A stretch of 60,527 nt of DNA, filler included, from an uncultured Myxococcia bacterium (GCA_964617105.1; 33 parts of 33 records of this genome joined end to end with filler, not necessarily neighbours in it); one strand, 5' to 3'; positions 22,024-33,068 are shown, counted from the whole stretch's first letter. The notes: generated by a model from the sequence alone, not told the origin. Translations and numbers: made by a program.

Positions 22024-22809
22024 ATGCCGGCTGTATTAAACTACATAAAAAAACTGCAACAGCAAGGGCAATATCATTTTACCACCAACAGTGCAATCCA
22101 AGAATTGAAGGGAAAACGACAGCCCATCTCTCGTGCCCTTAAACGATTAATTACCAAGGGAGAATTGGCTTCACCTCAACGAGGTTTCTATGTCATCGTT
22201 CCCCCAGAATACCAGGTGTTGGGTTGCCTTCCAACTGAACAATTTATACCTCATTTAATGGAAAGCATTGATGAACCCTACCATGTTGGTTTGCTTAGCG
22301 CAGCCCAACTGTTTGGAGCGGCTCATCATCGCCCTCAAAGATCCCAGGTTATTGTTAGCAAACCCCGGTCCCCTATTGAGTGTGGTAAAATATATGTCGA
22401 TTTTTATGTAAGAAAAAACCTGGAACAAATAACAACCGTTTCATTGAATACTCCCCGGGGATATGTAAAAGTTTCATCTCCCGAGGCCACCGCCCTTGAA
22501 CTGGTGGGTTATGCAAAACATGCAGGCGGGCTGGATAATGTGGCTACAGTTCTTGCTGATTTGGCTGTGTCGATTAATGTTGATAAACTTGTTACTGAAG
22601 CAAACAAAGCGCCTCTGGCCTGGTCACAAAGACTGGGGTTTCTTCTAGAACTGGTGGAGGCAGAAGAGGTTTCCTCTGCTCTTTTATCTTTTGTGCAAAA
22701 ATCAGCATCAAGAGTAGTTCCTCTGGATGCGTCATTACCGAGAACAGGGGCAAAACGCTCGAAACACTGGCTGGTTGCAATCAATACCACGGTGGAGGCA
22801 GATATTTGA
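22024..22809 (+). CDS. abiEi: Type IV TA antitoxin, AbiEi family
   Basis: RGFYVIVPPEY, YHVGLLSAA..GAAH, VSSPEATALELV. Confidence 0.85.
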   Translation: MPAVLNYIKKLQQQGQYHFTTNSAIQELKGKRQPISRALKRLITKGELASPQRGFYVIVPPEYQVLGCLPTEQFIPHLMESIDEPYHVGLLSAAQLFGAAHHRPQRSQVIVSKPRSPIECGKIYVDFYVRKNLEQITTVSLNTPRGYVKVSSPEATALELVGYAKHAGGLDNVATVLADLAVSINVDKLVTEANKAPLAWSQRLGFLLELVEAEEVSSALLSFVQKSASRVVPLDASLPRTGAKRSKHWLVAINTTVEADI

Positions 22810-23648
22810 TCCCTACGGACTATATTACTCAATGGCGAAAAACAGCACCATGGCCATCGAATGAACAAGTAGAACAAGATCTGGTTATTAGCCGGGCTAT
22901 TGTTGCCATATTCAATGAGGAAGAGATCGTCAAACGTTTAGCCTGGCGGGGAGGCACTGCTCTTCACAAACTCTATATCCAGCCCGCACCCCGTTACTCC
23001 GAGGATATTGATTTAGTGCAAGTTGATGCTGAACCTATCGGCAATACGCTGGATAGACTACGACAAGTCCTGGATTCATGGTTGGGAAAACCTCGCAGAG
23101 TATTCAAGGAAGGCCGGGTTAATTTAGTATATCGTTTCGATTCTGAGGGACCTCCAGTGGTGCCGCTACGCCTTAAAATCGAGATAAATACACGGGAGCA
23201 TTTTACTGAACTGGGCTATCAATCACTTCCATTTGCTGTAAATTCCAAATGGTTCCAAGGTAGTACAAAAGTAACTACTTTTAGGTTTGAAGAACTATTG
23301 GGCACCAAGCTCAGAGCCCTCTACCAGCGAAAAAAGGGGCGGGACCTCTTCGATTTGTGGTCTGGAATGACAACAAACAGCAATGTTAATGTTAATGTGA
23401 AACACATTATTACTTGCTTTCAGCGCTATATGCGCGAGAGTGGTCACCATATAAGTCGTGCTCAATTCGAAGAAAACCTGGCCAGTAAACGAATCGACTC
23501 TCGGTTCGTCAGTGATATAAACCCTCTTTTGAAGCCAAATTCAAAGTGGGATATTAATACCGCGATGGATACTGTTCTTCACAGCATCATCGCCAATATT
23601 CCCGGCGCCCCCTGGAAAGTTACTTGTGAGTCGTCACCAAACAACTAA
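22806..23648 (+). CDS. abiEii: Type IV TA toxin, AbiEii nucleotidyltransferase
   Basis: QVEQDL, RGGTALHK, RYSEDIDL, KLRALYQRKKGRDLFD. Confidence 0.9.
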   Translation: MIPTDYITQWRKTAPWPSNEQVEQDLVISRAIVAIFNEEEIVKRLAWRGGTALHKLYIQPAPRYSEDIDLVQVDAEPIGNTLDRLRQVLDSWLGKPRRVFKEGRVNLVYRFDSEGPPVVPLRLKIEINTREHFTELGYQSLPFAVNSKWFQGSTKVTTFRFEELLGTKLRALYQRKKGRDLFDLWSGMTTNSNVNVNVKHIITCFQRYMRESGHHISRAQFEENLASKRIDSRFVSDINPLLKPNSKWDINTAMDTVLHSIIANIPGAPWKVTCESSPNN

Positions 23649-23903
23649 CCTTGTTTTCGCTAAATTCTAATATGCTGACTCCAATTTATCATATAGTTGT
23701 TGTATAATTCGAAAGATCAAATACGCAATCTCTCTTTATTGGGTCTATAAATGTCACCAAATTTCAACACATTATACCTCTGTCTCTCACTATTTCTAAA
23801 AACNNNNNNNNNNNNNNNNNNNNNNNNNNNNNNNNNNNNNNNNNNNNTTAATTAATTAANNNNNNNNNNNNNNNNNNNNNNNNNNNNNNNNNNNNNNNNN
23901 NNN

Positions 23904-24649
23904 TTAAAGATCCTGGTGGCGATAAAGTAAAATGCCCCTTTTAGGATTAATCTGAGAGTAAACCAAAAATCTAGCAACAGCCCCAGGATAAGATAGTGGC
24001 CAAAGGGCTTGATAGAATCTATAAAGTGTCTCTCCTCCTTCATGGGGTTGACTACTTTGAGCACAAAGATACTACCCCAGGGAAGATTTAAAATTGGCTC
24101 AGGCAAATCTTTATCCAGAGTCTGTTTTTCAAAGTTAAAAGAGTGAATGGCTTCAAACATATGGCCGTGTTCTACTCTAATACCGCCGGGCAGTAAATAG
24201 TCGGGCCGGTGGGTAATAAATTTTAGTTTTTCAGCCACCTTTTCTCCGCCCAGGGTCTCCAGCAGTGTTTCTCTAACCCCCGAGTAGAATATCTCAAAAT
24301 CATGATTGCCAGGGATAATAGTTATATACTTGTTGGGAGTGGCGATAAATTCTTTTAAGACATCAAAAACTATCGGGTGACCCAGGATACACTTTTTTAC
24401 CTTGTAGATAGCCACCCCTTCGGTTATCTCAGCCGGCCAGATTCCATGACACTTAACTTTGAGCAGGTCCATAAAATCACCGTTAATAATCAATTCCACC
24501 TCCGCCTTTTTAAACTGCCCGCTGGAATAGTATTTTATAAACTCCTGGAACTTGCCGTCTGAACGAAAGGAGTCCCACACGTTAAACCGGCCCCTCTTGT
24601 GCCCGGAGCCAATGTGCAGGTCGCTGATTACCAGTTTGAACCTTTTCAT
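23904..24649 (-). CDS. Calcineurin-like metallophosphoesterase (3' partial)
   Basis: ISDLH, NGDFMD, PGNHD, EHGH. Confidence 0.85.
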
Positions 24650-24651
24650 TT

Positions 24652-25437
24652 TTACCCTTTCAAAAGTGTATGTAACTCTTTTACCGACGGAAAGACAAAA
24701 TCGGGCTCGATCTCCGCCTGTTCCAGGCTCGGTTTGGAGGTTTCACCCGATAGCACCAAAATCGAGGTGATTTTACTTTGAATGGCCATTTTTATATCAG
24801 TATACAGTCTGTCGCCGACCATGGCAATTTCTGTGTTTTTTAATTGCAAATATTTCAGCGCCATGCTGACCATCCTGGGTTGTGGTTTTCCAATCACGGT
24901 AGGAGATATGCCGGTGGCTTTTTGAAACAGGGCGATCATAGCGCCGGTATCCGGGATGTAACCATCACTGGTGGGGCAGAGAATATCTGGGTGGGTGGCC
25001 ACAAAAGGCACACCATCTTTTATCAATTGATAGGCAGTGCAGATTTTTTGAAAGGTTAGAGTTTTGTCAAAAGCCAGCACCACCCAGTTAGGATCCTGGC
25101 TGGTGAGGATAAAACCGTGATTCTCCATCTCCTGTTCAAAAGCGGGAGTGCCCAGGGGAAAGATTCGAATACCGCCTTTATCTTTCAAATAGAGGATAGT
25201 GGCCAGGGTGGAGGTCAAAATTTGTTTTTTGGTAGCGGGCAGGCCCATTTTAGCCAATTTCTCCTGGTATTGGGCAACACTATATGAGGAGTTGTTGGTT
25301 AAAAAGAGATATTTTCTATGGCTGGAATTCAAAAAAGATAGCAGTTGAGCCGCTCCGGGCACAGATCTATCTCCCAGGTAAAGGGTCCCATCCATATCAA
25401 ATAGAAATCCCCGTTTATTTTGTAAAGAGTTCACCAT
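24652..25437 (-). CDS. HAD-IIA family hydrolase (NagD-like)
   Basis: FDMDGT, LTNNS, GKP, VGDRLYTDI. Confidence 0.92.
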   Translation of the reverse strand: MVNSLQNKRGFLFDMDGTLYLGDRSVPGAAQLLSFLNSSHRKYLFLTNNSSYSVAQYQEKLAKMGLPATKKQILTSTLATILYLKDKGGIRIFPLGTPAFEQEMENHGFILTSQDPNWVVLAFDKTLTFQKICTAYQLIKDGVPFVATHPDILCPTSDGYIPDTGAMIALFQKATGISPTVIGKPQPRMVSMALKYLQLKNTEIAMVGDRLYTDIKMAIQSKITSILVLSGETSKPSLEQAEIEPDFVFPSVKELHTLLKG

Positions 25438-25575
25438 TTTAAGATGTATAAGATATTTAAAGTATAAGAGGAAAAACAAACGCTATATTGAAAATATTCT
25501 GCCACGAAATTGTGGCTATGGCAAGAAGTCTCTTTGTGATCCGGACAAAATTGGAATCATAACCTGACTGGTATT

Positions 25576-25677
25576 TCACGGGGTAGTTTCTAGTTTTTCA
25601 CCTAATTTTTGCCACTCTTTAATACCGCCAGGATAACTGTAGACATTTTTATAGCCAAGTTCCACCGCCTGGGAAGG
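25576..25677 (-). CDS. Rhodanese-like domain C-terminus (partial)
   Basis: AVELGYKNVYSYPGGIKEWQK. Confidence 0.7.
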   Translation of the reverse strand, partial: PSQAVELGYKNVYSYPGGIKEWQKLGEKLETTP

Positions 25678-25777
25678 NNNNNNNNNNNNNNNNNNNNNNN
25701 NNNNNNNNNNNNNNNNNNNNNTTAATTAATTAANNNNNNNNNNNNNNNNNNNNNNNNNNNNNNNNNNNNNNNNNNNN

Positions 25778-26409
25778 GCCGTTAACCTCTTTTTCCCTTT
25801 AGGCGAAGTGAGGGTTACCAGGTCACCCAGGTCCACTTTTAACTTTTCCGCTAATCTGATTCCGATAATGACGCCAGGAATTTTTTGCAACTCCATATCG
25901 GCCGGCCAATTTTTCGGATCTTCCTTTCTAAGAAATAGGTTTAAATGTGCGGGATTATCTAAAAAAGATAATTTGCCCTTTATCAGGGATCTCTCCAATT
26001 GGGTCACCTGGCCGGTTGTACCAGGGTCAACGCCTTTAATCATCACTCCGGCGTGCTTGATACTCGAACCGATCATCCCCTCCTCTAAGATAAAAGGAGT
26101 AGCCCCTTTAACACCAGGAACTGTGTTGATTTTATCCATCAATGGCCTGTACTCGCTAAAATCCTGACCATATTTAAGCACAATAGCGTGAGCATTGGCG
26201 CCAAGTATTTTGTCCTGCAAATCATCCCGATAACCATTAAGAAGACTGAGCACCACAATTAGAGCCATTACGCCCAAGCCTATCCCCAACACCGAGATCA
26301 AGGTGCCAAAAGAGACAAAAAAACCTTTTTTTCCGGAACGGAGATGACGAAAAGCAATAAAAAATTGGTAGAACATGTAAGGAGGGGACGTTTTGGCTTT
26401 GAGATTCAA
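25778..26409 (-). CDS. LolC/LolE family lipoprotein-releasing ABC permease (3' partial)
   Basis: ISVLGIGLGVMALIVVLS..NG...L.DKILG. Confidence 0.88.
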
Positions 26410-26798
26410 TAACCTCTTTTGCCGAATAATTTATCCATTTTACTGGCTATGGTTTTTATACTAAAGGGCTTTGTTATATAGTCGGTGGCGCCCGCTTTGG
26501 TAGCCTCCATCATATCTTCAGTTTCCTGCTTTATGGTAACCATTATAACCGGAACATCTCGATATTGCGGGTTTTCGCGAACGTTTTTCAACACTTCTAT
26601 TCCGGTTAAGCCTGGCATATTCCAATCGAGAAACATCAGATCAAACTCTTGCTGTTTAATCAATTCCATAGCTTCGTAACCGTCTTTGGCCTGTGTTACT
26701 TTTTTATATCCCAATCTGCTAAGAAAATCGCATAGTATCTCACGAATAGCAGGGAAATCTTCTGCAACTAGAATGTTTATTTCTGCTGAACCCGGCAT
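26406..26798 (-). CDS. Single-domain CheY-like response regulator
   Basis: VAED, FLDWNMP, VIMVT, YITKPF. Confidence 0.9.
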   Translation of the reverse strand: MPGSAEINILVAEDFPAIREILCDFLSRLGYKKVTQAKDGYEAMELIKQQEFDLMFLDWNMPGLTGIEVLKNVRENPQYRDVPVIMVTIKQETEDMMEATKAGATDYITKPFSIKTIASKMDKLFGKRGY

Positions 26799-26977
26799 GG
26801 ATAACTCCTTTATAGCCAGACAGGATAAAAAATAATCTATAAATAAGAATTATTTTATTATTNNNNNNNNNNTGAAAACGATGAGAGAGCAAATACACGG
26901 TCACTTTCATTAATATTATATTTTTGCAACTGGTAATTTTATTTATTCCTAATAAATTGACCGGAACGTTGCAGAAC

Positions 26978-27532
26978 CTAAAATCTCCATAATATCCCTC
27001 CTTGTCCACGAAAATTTAACTGCGGCTTGGGAAATCGCCAAAACCGAACCGGAAAACTACCCCATTTGTGAAAGGTAAAAGTCATGATTTGATTCACTGC
27101 TACTATGAAGGAAACATCGCTGCTAACCGGGAGTTCTATGTCGATGCCACCTAGCAAACCAGCACTACCCACGGTTTTTCGGTAGATCTTCCTGAATGAA
27201 GGATCTGGCACATTAGCCTTATGATCAGCCGCTGACTGATAACGAGCCGACAGGAATAATATGTCTACGCTGATTCCAAATCTCCAATTTAAGAACAACT
27301 TTCCACTGGCAGCCTCCCAAATTTTTGGATACCAAAGGCCGGCCACATGAAGATAACTCGGATTGTAGAAGAGATCATAGGGAACATTATTTTTCTCTCT
27401 ATTATCTCTAAAACCATGAACAGCGTCAAAGCCAATACCACCACCAAACTCCAGGATCATTTTGGTCCAGTTAGATTCACCAAAATTGACAAAAATCTGC
27501 CCCGTAACATCCAGGGCCATTCGAGGTCCCCA
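26978..27532 (-). CDS. Probable outer-membrane beta-barrel protein (5' partial)
   Basis: Alternating beta-strand pattern, C-terminal aromatic residues (LWRF). Confidence 0.45.
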   Translation of the reverse strand, partial: WGPRMALDVTGQIFVNFGESNWTKMILEFGGGIGFDAVHGFRDNREKNNVPYDLFYNPSYLHVAGLWYPKIWEAASGKLFLNWRFGISVDILFLSARYQSAADHKANVPDPSFRKIYRKTVGSAGLLGGIDIELPVSSDVSFIVAVNQIMTFTFHKWGSFPVRFWRFPKPQLNFRGQGGILWRF

Positions 27533-27632
27533 NNNNNNNNNNNNNNNNNNNNNNNNNNNNNNNNNNNNNNNNNNNNTTAATTAATTAANNNNNNNNNNNN
27601 NNNNNNNNNNNNNNNNNNNNNNNNNNNNNNNN

Positions 27633-28100
27633 GGTTTTTTGGGCAGATAATTCGAGATTGTGTTTTGGCAAACATCAAAGCCTAGTTTTTTTAATTCACC
27701 ATGGATTCTGGGAGCACCCCAGGATGGATTTTCCTTGGCCATTTGTTTTATCAGCCTTCTAATCTCAGAATCGGTTTTGGGTTTACCGACCTTTTTCCCA
27801 TTCAGCCTTCCCTCCTGGCATTTTTTATTCCAAAAGTTTTTAAATCTCTGTTTTTGCCAATGGATGACAGTTTCCGGTTTGACAATAATTAGTGAATTAG
27901 TCCAGTTTTTCCAGATTTGCTTTAGAGCGACCCAGAAAGTTCTGTCACTATTTTTTATTGATTTTGGTATTTTTTTTTTGATATATGGCTAGTTGTTGGC
28001 GCAGGGCCAGGTTTTCTAATACCAGATCTTGCTTGTCTCCAGAAATGACTTTTATAACTTGAAAGAGAATTGAATATATTTTAATCATGATTTTGTTCAT
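27633..28100 (-). pseudogene. rve/integrase-core transposase N-terminus with a frameshift in an A10 tract
   Basis: DLVLENLALRQQLA, then in a shifted frame DRTFWVAL...IVKPETVIHW...ENPSWGAPRIHGEL; A10 at 27970-27979 where A9 restores the frame. Confidence 0.8.
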
Positions 28101-28184
28101 AAAAACCCTTTGAATCGTCAGATAATATGCTATAGTGAACCAGATTTTATAATAATCCCATTTCATTGGTCAACAGGTTAATTA

Positions 28185-29192
28185 ATGAGTACCAAGATAT
28201 CCAATCCTCATGATCATTTTATTCGAAAAGTATTATCTGGGAATGAAAACGCCACCAGTTTTTTCCAGAATAATCTACCCAAGTCAGTAACGGAGCAACT
28301 AGATTTTTCAACTTTGACAATTTGCAAAGACACTTTCATAGATAAAGAGTTGGAGGAATCCAGATCAGATTTATTATTTCAGTTAAAATCAAGAGATAAA
28401 AGAGATGTTTCAGTTTACCTTCTATTTGAGCATAAGAGTTTTGTAAAAAGACTTATCGGTCTGGATATACTTCGATATATGGTGCAAATTTGGTATGCAT
28501 GGCTGGAGCAAAAGGAAAATGAGAATGCAAAACATTTACCGGTGATTATTCCACTGGTTCTATATCATGGCAAAGGAAAATGGAAAGTTGCTGAAGAATT
28601 CTCTGGAATAATTACTGATTACCAGAGATTTGCAGACTATACTCCAAATTTCAGATATGCCCTTTGTGATTTATCAAAATATTCAGATGAGGAGATCAAG
28701 GGAACCGTATTGACTCAATCGGGACTTTTGGCCCTTAAGTATATATTTTCAGATGATTTACTTGAAAAGTTGCCTGGTATTATAAGGTTGTTCATGGATA
28801 TAATTGAGACTGAAAGTGGTTTGAAATCTCTGCAACTTTTGTTTAATTACTTGGCCCACGGCACAGAGAGGATAACCAGGAAAGATTTTGAAAACGCCTT
28901 GAAAGAGGCACTGGGAGATAAGGGAGGTGGTCTAATGCCAACATTAGCAGAACAAATACTACAGGAAGAAAAGCCTATTTGGATACAAAAAGGTATGCAG
29001 CAGGGTATGCAGAAGGGTATAATTCAGGCTGACCAGGAGGGCATAATTGACATAATTGAGGCCCGTTTCGATCGTGTTCCCAGTACCCTTGTCAGGAAGA
29101 TTAACTCGATAACTGATACTGACCTGCTAAAGCATCTTCGTCGAGTGGCAGTGACAATATCTTCGATATCAGAATTTGAGAAAAAGTTGTAA
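28185..29192 (+). CDS. Rpn family (Transposase_31, PD-(D/E)xK) nuclease
   Basis: NPHDHF, RSDLLF, YLLFEHKS, VIIPLVLYHG, C-terminal QKGMQQGMQKG repeats. Confidence 0.92.
   Translation: MSTKISNPHDHFIRKVLSGNENATSFFQNNLPKSVTEQLDFSTLTICKDTFIDKELEESRSDLLFQLKSRDKRDVSVYLLFEHKSFVKRLIGLDILRYMVQIWYAWLEQKENENAKHLPVIIPLVLYHGKGKWKVAEEFSGIITDYQRFADYTPNFRYALCDLSKYSDEEIKGTVLTQSGLLALKYIFSDDLLEKLPGIIRLFMDIIETESGLKSLQLLFNYLAHGTERITRKDFENALKEALGDKGGGLMPTLAEQILQEEKPIWIQKGMQQGMQKGIIQADQEGIIDIIEARFDRVPSTLVRKINSITDTDLLKHLRRVAVTISSISEFEKKL
28935..29192 (+). CDS. Internal in-frame RpnS-like small protein (85 aa)
   Basis: Shine-Dalgarno GGGAGGT just before the in-frame ATG (MPTLAEQ). Confidence 0.65.
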   Translation: MPTLAEQILQEEKPIWIQKGMQQGMQKGIIQADQEGIIDIIEARFDRVPSTLVRKINSITDTDLLKHLRRVAVTISSISEFEKKL

Positions 29193-29305
29193 CTGTAAGG
29201 GGGCAAATATTCATCCTGATCACAGCACGAAAACAAGTTTATCTGTTTGACTATTATGCCATAACTAATTGTAATTACTGGTAGAGAGTTTGACGCCAAT
29301 TTTTC

Positions 29306-29384
29306 TGTACCTCCCAAAAACTCCATCCACCCCACAAATGTAGGACATTTCCCGACACCCGGCATCAATTTTTCCTTCCAGATT
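29306..29384. mobile_element. IS-like terminus TGTACCTCCCAAAAACTC..., copy 1 (copy 2 at 38986-39063)
   Basis: About 80 bp of similarity with an identical 18-bp start. Confidence 0.6.
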
Positions 29385-29487
29385 GANNNNNNNNNNNNNN
29401 NNNNNNNNNNNNNNNNNNNNNNNNNNNNNNTTAATTAATTAANNNNNNNNNNNNNNNNNNNNNNNNNNNNNNNNNNNNNNNNNNNNT

Positions 29488-29940
29488 ACCGCTTTTTTAC
29501 TGGTCTGTACTCCCCATAAAATGGTAGTGCAAGAAGCATTATTTCTCTCCAGAAAATTATTGGAAAATGACCTTCCCTTTACGGGAGTGGTGCTGAACCG
29601 AGTGCACCAGATGGACTTATACCATACTTGGACAAGGACAAGGACAAAGACAAAGACAAAGGCAAGGGACCAGGAACTTGAGCAGGATTTTATTACCTTT
29701 TTTAAAGACAAAATCCCGGCTGAATTGAACCTGGAAAATTGTTTTTACAAATTGTTAAAAGTGTTTAAAAAATATTTGGCCCTGGCTAGTTTAGATAGAG
29801 AAAATATAGCCTATCTGCAAAGCAAAATTAAACCCGAAGATTTTTATTACGCTGAGGCGCCAATTTTTGAAACCGATGTCCACAATTTAAGCGGTCTAAA
29901 AAAGATCAATAATTACCTCTTCTCCCAGGAGACCAGTTGA
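29488..29940 (+). CDS. ArsA/anion-transporting ATPase C-terminus (5' partial)
   Basis: TAFLLVCTP...EALF...GVVLNRVH...DVHNLSGL. Confidence 0.7.
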   Translation, partial: TAFLLVCTPHKMVVQEALFLSRKLLENDLPFTGVVLNRVHQMDLYHTWTRTRTKTKTKARDQELEQDFITFFKDKIPAELNLENCFYKLLKVFKKYLALASLDRENIAYLQSKIKPEDFYYAEAPIFETDVHNLSGLKKINNYLFSQETS

Positions 29941-30347
29941 TGAGCAAAATGTATACCTTTAGTGTGCAAACCAATTCCAGACAGCAGATGAAAGATATTA
30001 CCTCACAGATCGCCGGCTTTGTGAGTGATCAAAAAGTTAAAGATGGGGTGGTAATAGTTTACTGTCCCCATACCACGGGAGGTATAACCATCAATGAAAA
30101 TGCCGATCCAGCAGTACCTCACGATATTTTAACCTGCCTGGACAAGTTTATCCCTTTGTCCGCCTCTTTTTATCGTCATGCCGAAGGTAATTCCGCTGCC
30201 CATGTTAAATCTTCCCTGGTTGGAGCCTGTGCTCAAGTTATAATCGAAGATGGTAAACTGAATTTGGGAACTTGGCAGTCCATATTTTTCTGCGAGTTCG
30301 ATGGTCCCCGTAACCGGAGAGTAAATGTCAAGATAATCGAGGGTTGA
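29937..30347 (+). CDS. yjbQ: YjbQ/UPF0047 family protein
   Basis: PHTTGGITINENADP, HAEGNSAAHVKS, LGTWQSIFFCEFDGPR. Confidence 0.92.
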   Translation: MMSKMYTFSVQTNSRQQMKDITSQIAGFVSDQKVKDGVVIVYCPHTTGGITINENADPAVPHDILTCLDKFIPLSASFYRHAEGNSAAHVKSSLVGACAQVIIEDGKLNLGTWQSIFFCEFDGPRNRRVNVKIIEG

Positions 30348-31234
30348 ATATGATAGTCACCCAGGAACGCCTCCACGTTATTAGTGATAATATCCACAAA
30401 ATGCTGAATCGGGGCGCCAATCAACGAATCAAAAAGATGTTCGACCGGATACATGCAGCTGATATCGCTCTACTGTTCAGGACCTTTAGTTTTCATCAGC
30501 GGCTTAAATTGATCTCCTTGATCTCTTTACCAGAAAAAACGGCTGAAGTGGTTAGTGAGTTGGATGAGGAGATCAAAAACGAATTACTCACTGAGTTGCC
30601 CATTGATACTATGGTGGAAATTTTAAGCCATATGTCATCGGATGATGCTGCCGATGCCCTGGGAAATCTACCGGAAGAGATATCGCAAAAAATCTTGGCT
30701 CTGCTCCCGGGTGAAGGAAAAGAATTGGAAGGATTGCTCCAATTCGATGATGAAACCGCTGGCGGACTGATGTCGGCAGAATTTTTTGCCCTGGAGGAGA
30801 AGACTACCGCTAGCGAGGCTATTAATGCTTTACAGCGGGCTGGTGATCTGGAGATGGCATTTTATATATATGTCATAAACCAACACGAACACCTGGTGGG
30901 AGTTGTATCACTGCGCCAATTGGTAATTGTGGCTCCTGAAACCAACCTGAGCGAAATTATGACCACCCATGTCCACCGGGTAAAACCGGAAACTGACCAG
31001 GAAGCTGTTGCCAAAATAGTCGCCCGTTACAACTTGCTGGCTGTGCCAGTGGTAGATGAAGACAATCGGCTTCTAGGAATAGTCACGGTGGACGACATAA
31101 TCGATGTTATCCGGGAAGAAGCCACTGAGGATATTTTTAAAATGGCGGGGGTTGGTTCCAGTTTCGAAGAGGAACACAATATTTTATCCGGGTTCAAAGT
31201 ACGGTTTCCCTGGCTATTAGCCAGTTGGCTTGGC
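30344..31234 (+). CDS. mgtE: Magnesium transporter MgtE (3' partial)
   Basis: HAADIA, SDDAAD, TAGGLM, CBS pair, TVDDIIDVIREEATEDI, RFPWL. Confidence 0.92.
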
Positions 31235-31334
31235 NNNNNNNNNNNNNNNNNNNNNNNNNNNNNNNNNNNNNNNNNNNNTTAATTAATTAANNNNNNNNNN
31301 NNNNNNNNNNNNNNNNNNNNNNNNNNNNNNNNNN

Positions 31335-32518
31335 ATGGATGTTTTACCTGAACCGGTGGGCCCCACCAAAGCAATTTTTTCCCCTTTCTCCACCTTAAAA
31401 GAGATATCCTTTAATACCGGCTGCTCCCCATAAGAGAGATATACCTGGGAAAACTCCAGAGTATGAAACTCTTTCTCTTGATTACCCTTTAATGGCGACT
31501 TCACCTTTATCGGTTGCCCATCTTCCCGATCTAAGAGAGCGAATATCTTCTCACCCGAAGCAAGGGAGGATTGAAAAATAGTAAACTTGGATGACAGGTC
31601 AATTACCGGGCGGAAAAAGCGGCGGGCGTATTCGATAAAAGCCACCAACACCCCCAACTTTATATTTGACTCAGAATAACTTACCCCAAAGGCGATGATA
31701 ATAACAATAGTGCAGGTGCCGGCCATCTCTACCACTGCGTAAAGGATAGCATCCAGGGTTACAGCCAGGAAATTGGCATTGCGATATTCTTTGCTGATTC
31801 GGTTAAAGTCCTTTAGCACCATTTTTTCAGCCCCAAAACTCTTTACCACTTTTATGCCAGATAAATTTTCCTGCAAATAGGCGTTTATTTGAGCCAATTT
31901 CTCCCTAACGCGGCGAAACGCCTTCATGGCTTTTCGCCGCATCATCTCCACAAATAAAACTAATAATGGCAACACCGCCACCGCCACCAAAGCCAGCCTG
32001 CTGTCCAGCCAGAACATAGCGGCCATAATCGCCAACAGAGTGATAAAGTCGGCCAGCATAGTGATGGCGCCAGTAGAAACCAATTCACCTAAATTTTCAA
32101 TATCATTGGTCGCCCGGGTCAAAGTCCTGCCCACCGGGGTATAATCGAAATAGGATGATGGCAATTGCATGATCTTGGTAAAAACCTTCATCCGTAAATC
32201 GAACAATACCTTTTGACCAGACCACTGCATCAAATAACTGTACCCATAAGTTAATATCCACAGCAAAACCACAGTGAAAATATAAGCCAAAGCCGCCAAA
32301 GGCAGTAAGGTGACCTTTCCTTTTAATATCAACTCATCAATGGCGTATTGAATAATCCTTGGTCCCATAATATTTAGCAAACTGGCCAGGGGTATAAGCA
32401 GCAAAGCACCCAGGCAGTAATTCTTGTATGGCAGCAAGTTGGATAGCAAACGCAAAAACAGATTGGTATTATGCGATAATCCCAGGTTGACAGGTTTATT
32501 TTTCTCTTTTCTTTCCAT
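31335..32518 (-). CDS. ABC exporter, TMD plus NBD (MdlB-like, 3' partial)
   Basis: ABC membrane domain, Walker A GPTGSGKT. Confidence 0.9.
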
Positions 32519-32549
32519 TTATAGATATTCTAAAAATTTCAATCAATAA

Positions 32550-33068
32550 TTAATCGGGGTATCTCTTTAGTGACTGCAATTTCACTAATTTTCGATATAA
32601 TTTATTTTCAGCCAATAATTGCTGGTGGGTACCTATGGCCTCCAGGCTACCCTGGTTTATCAACCACACCTGGTCAGCTAACTCTACCATGCTCAATCGT
32701 TGGGTTACGATAATTGCACCTTTACAACTGCTGTTTTCACTGGATAGAACCCTCTTTAGTCCGGTGATAATATGGCTCTCGGTTTCCAAATCCAAAGCGG
32801 AAAGACAATCATCCAGCATCAGGTATGGGGCCCCGGAAAACAGAGCCCTGGCCAAAGCGATCCTCTGCCTCTGACCGCCTGACATGGTTATCCCCCGTTC
32901 GCCAACCAGAGTATTAAATTGAAGAGGCAACGACTCGATCTCCTTGCTGATGTCGGCCAACTCCGCAGCCCACTGATAATTTCTCTCCTGATTATGCTCA
33001 TCCTTCTGACCAAACTCGATATTTTTTCTAACGCTCTGGGAAAAGAGAAAAGCCTCCTGAGGTACATA
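32550..33068 (-). CDS. ABC exporter NBD C-terminus (MdlA-like, 5' partial)
   Basis: VGERGITMSGGQRQR, LDDCLSALD. Confidence 0.88.
   Translation of the reverse strand, partial: YVPQEAFLFSQSVRKNIEFGQKDEHNQERNYQWAAELADISKEIESLPLQFNTLVGERGITMSGGQRQRIALARALFSGAPYLMLDDCLSALDLETESHIITGLKRVLSSENSSCKGAIIVTQRLSMVELADQVWLINQGSLEAIGTHQQLLAENKLYRKLVKLQSLKRYPD

Noticed and set aside
29630-29670. 6-bp GACAAR tandem repeat encoding TRTRTKTKTKAR in the ArsA-like gene
   Set aside because: In-frame low-complexity linker with no further evidence of function
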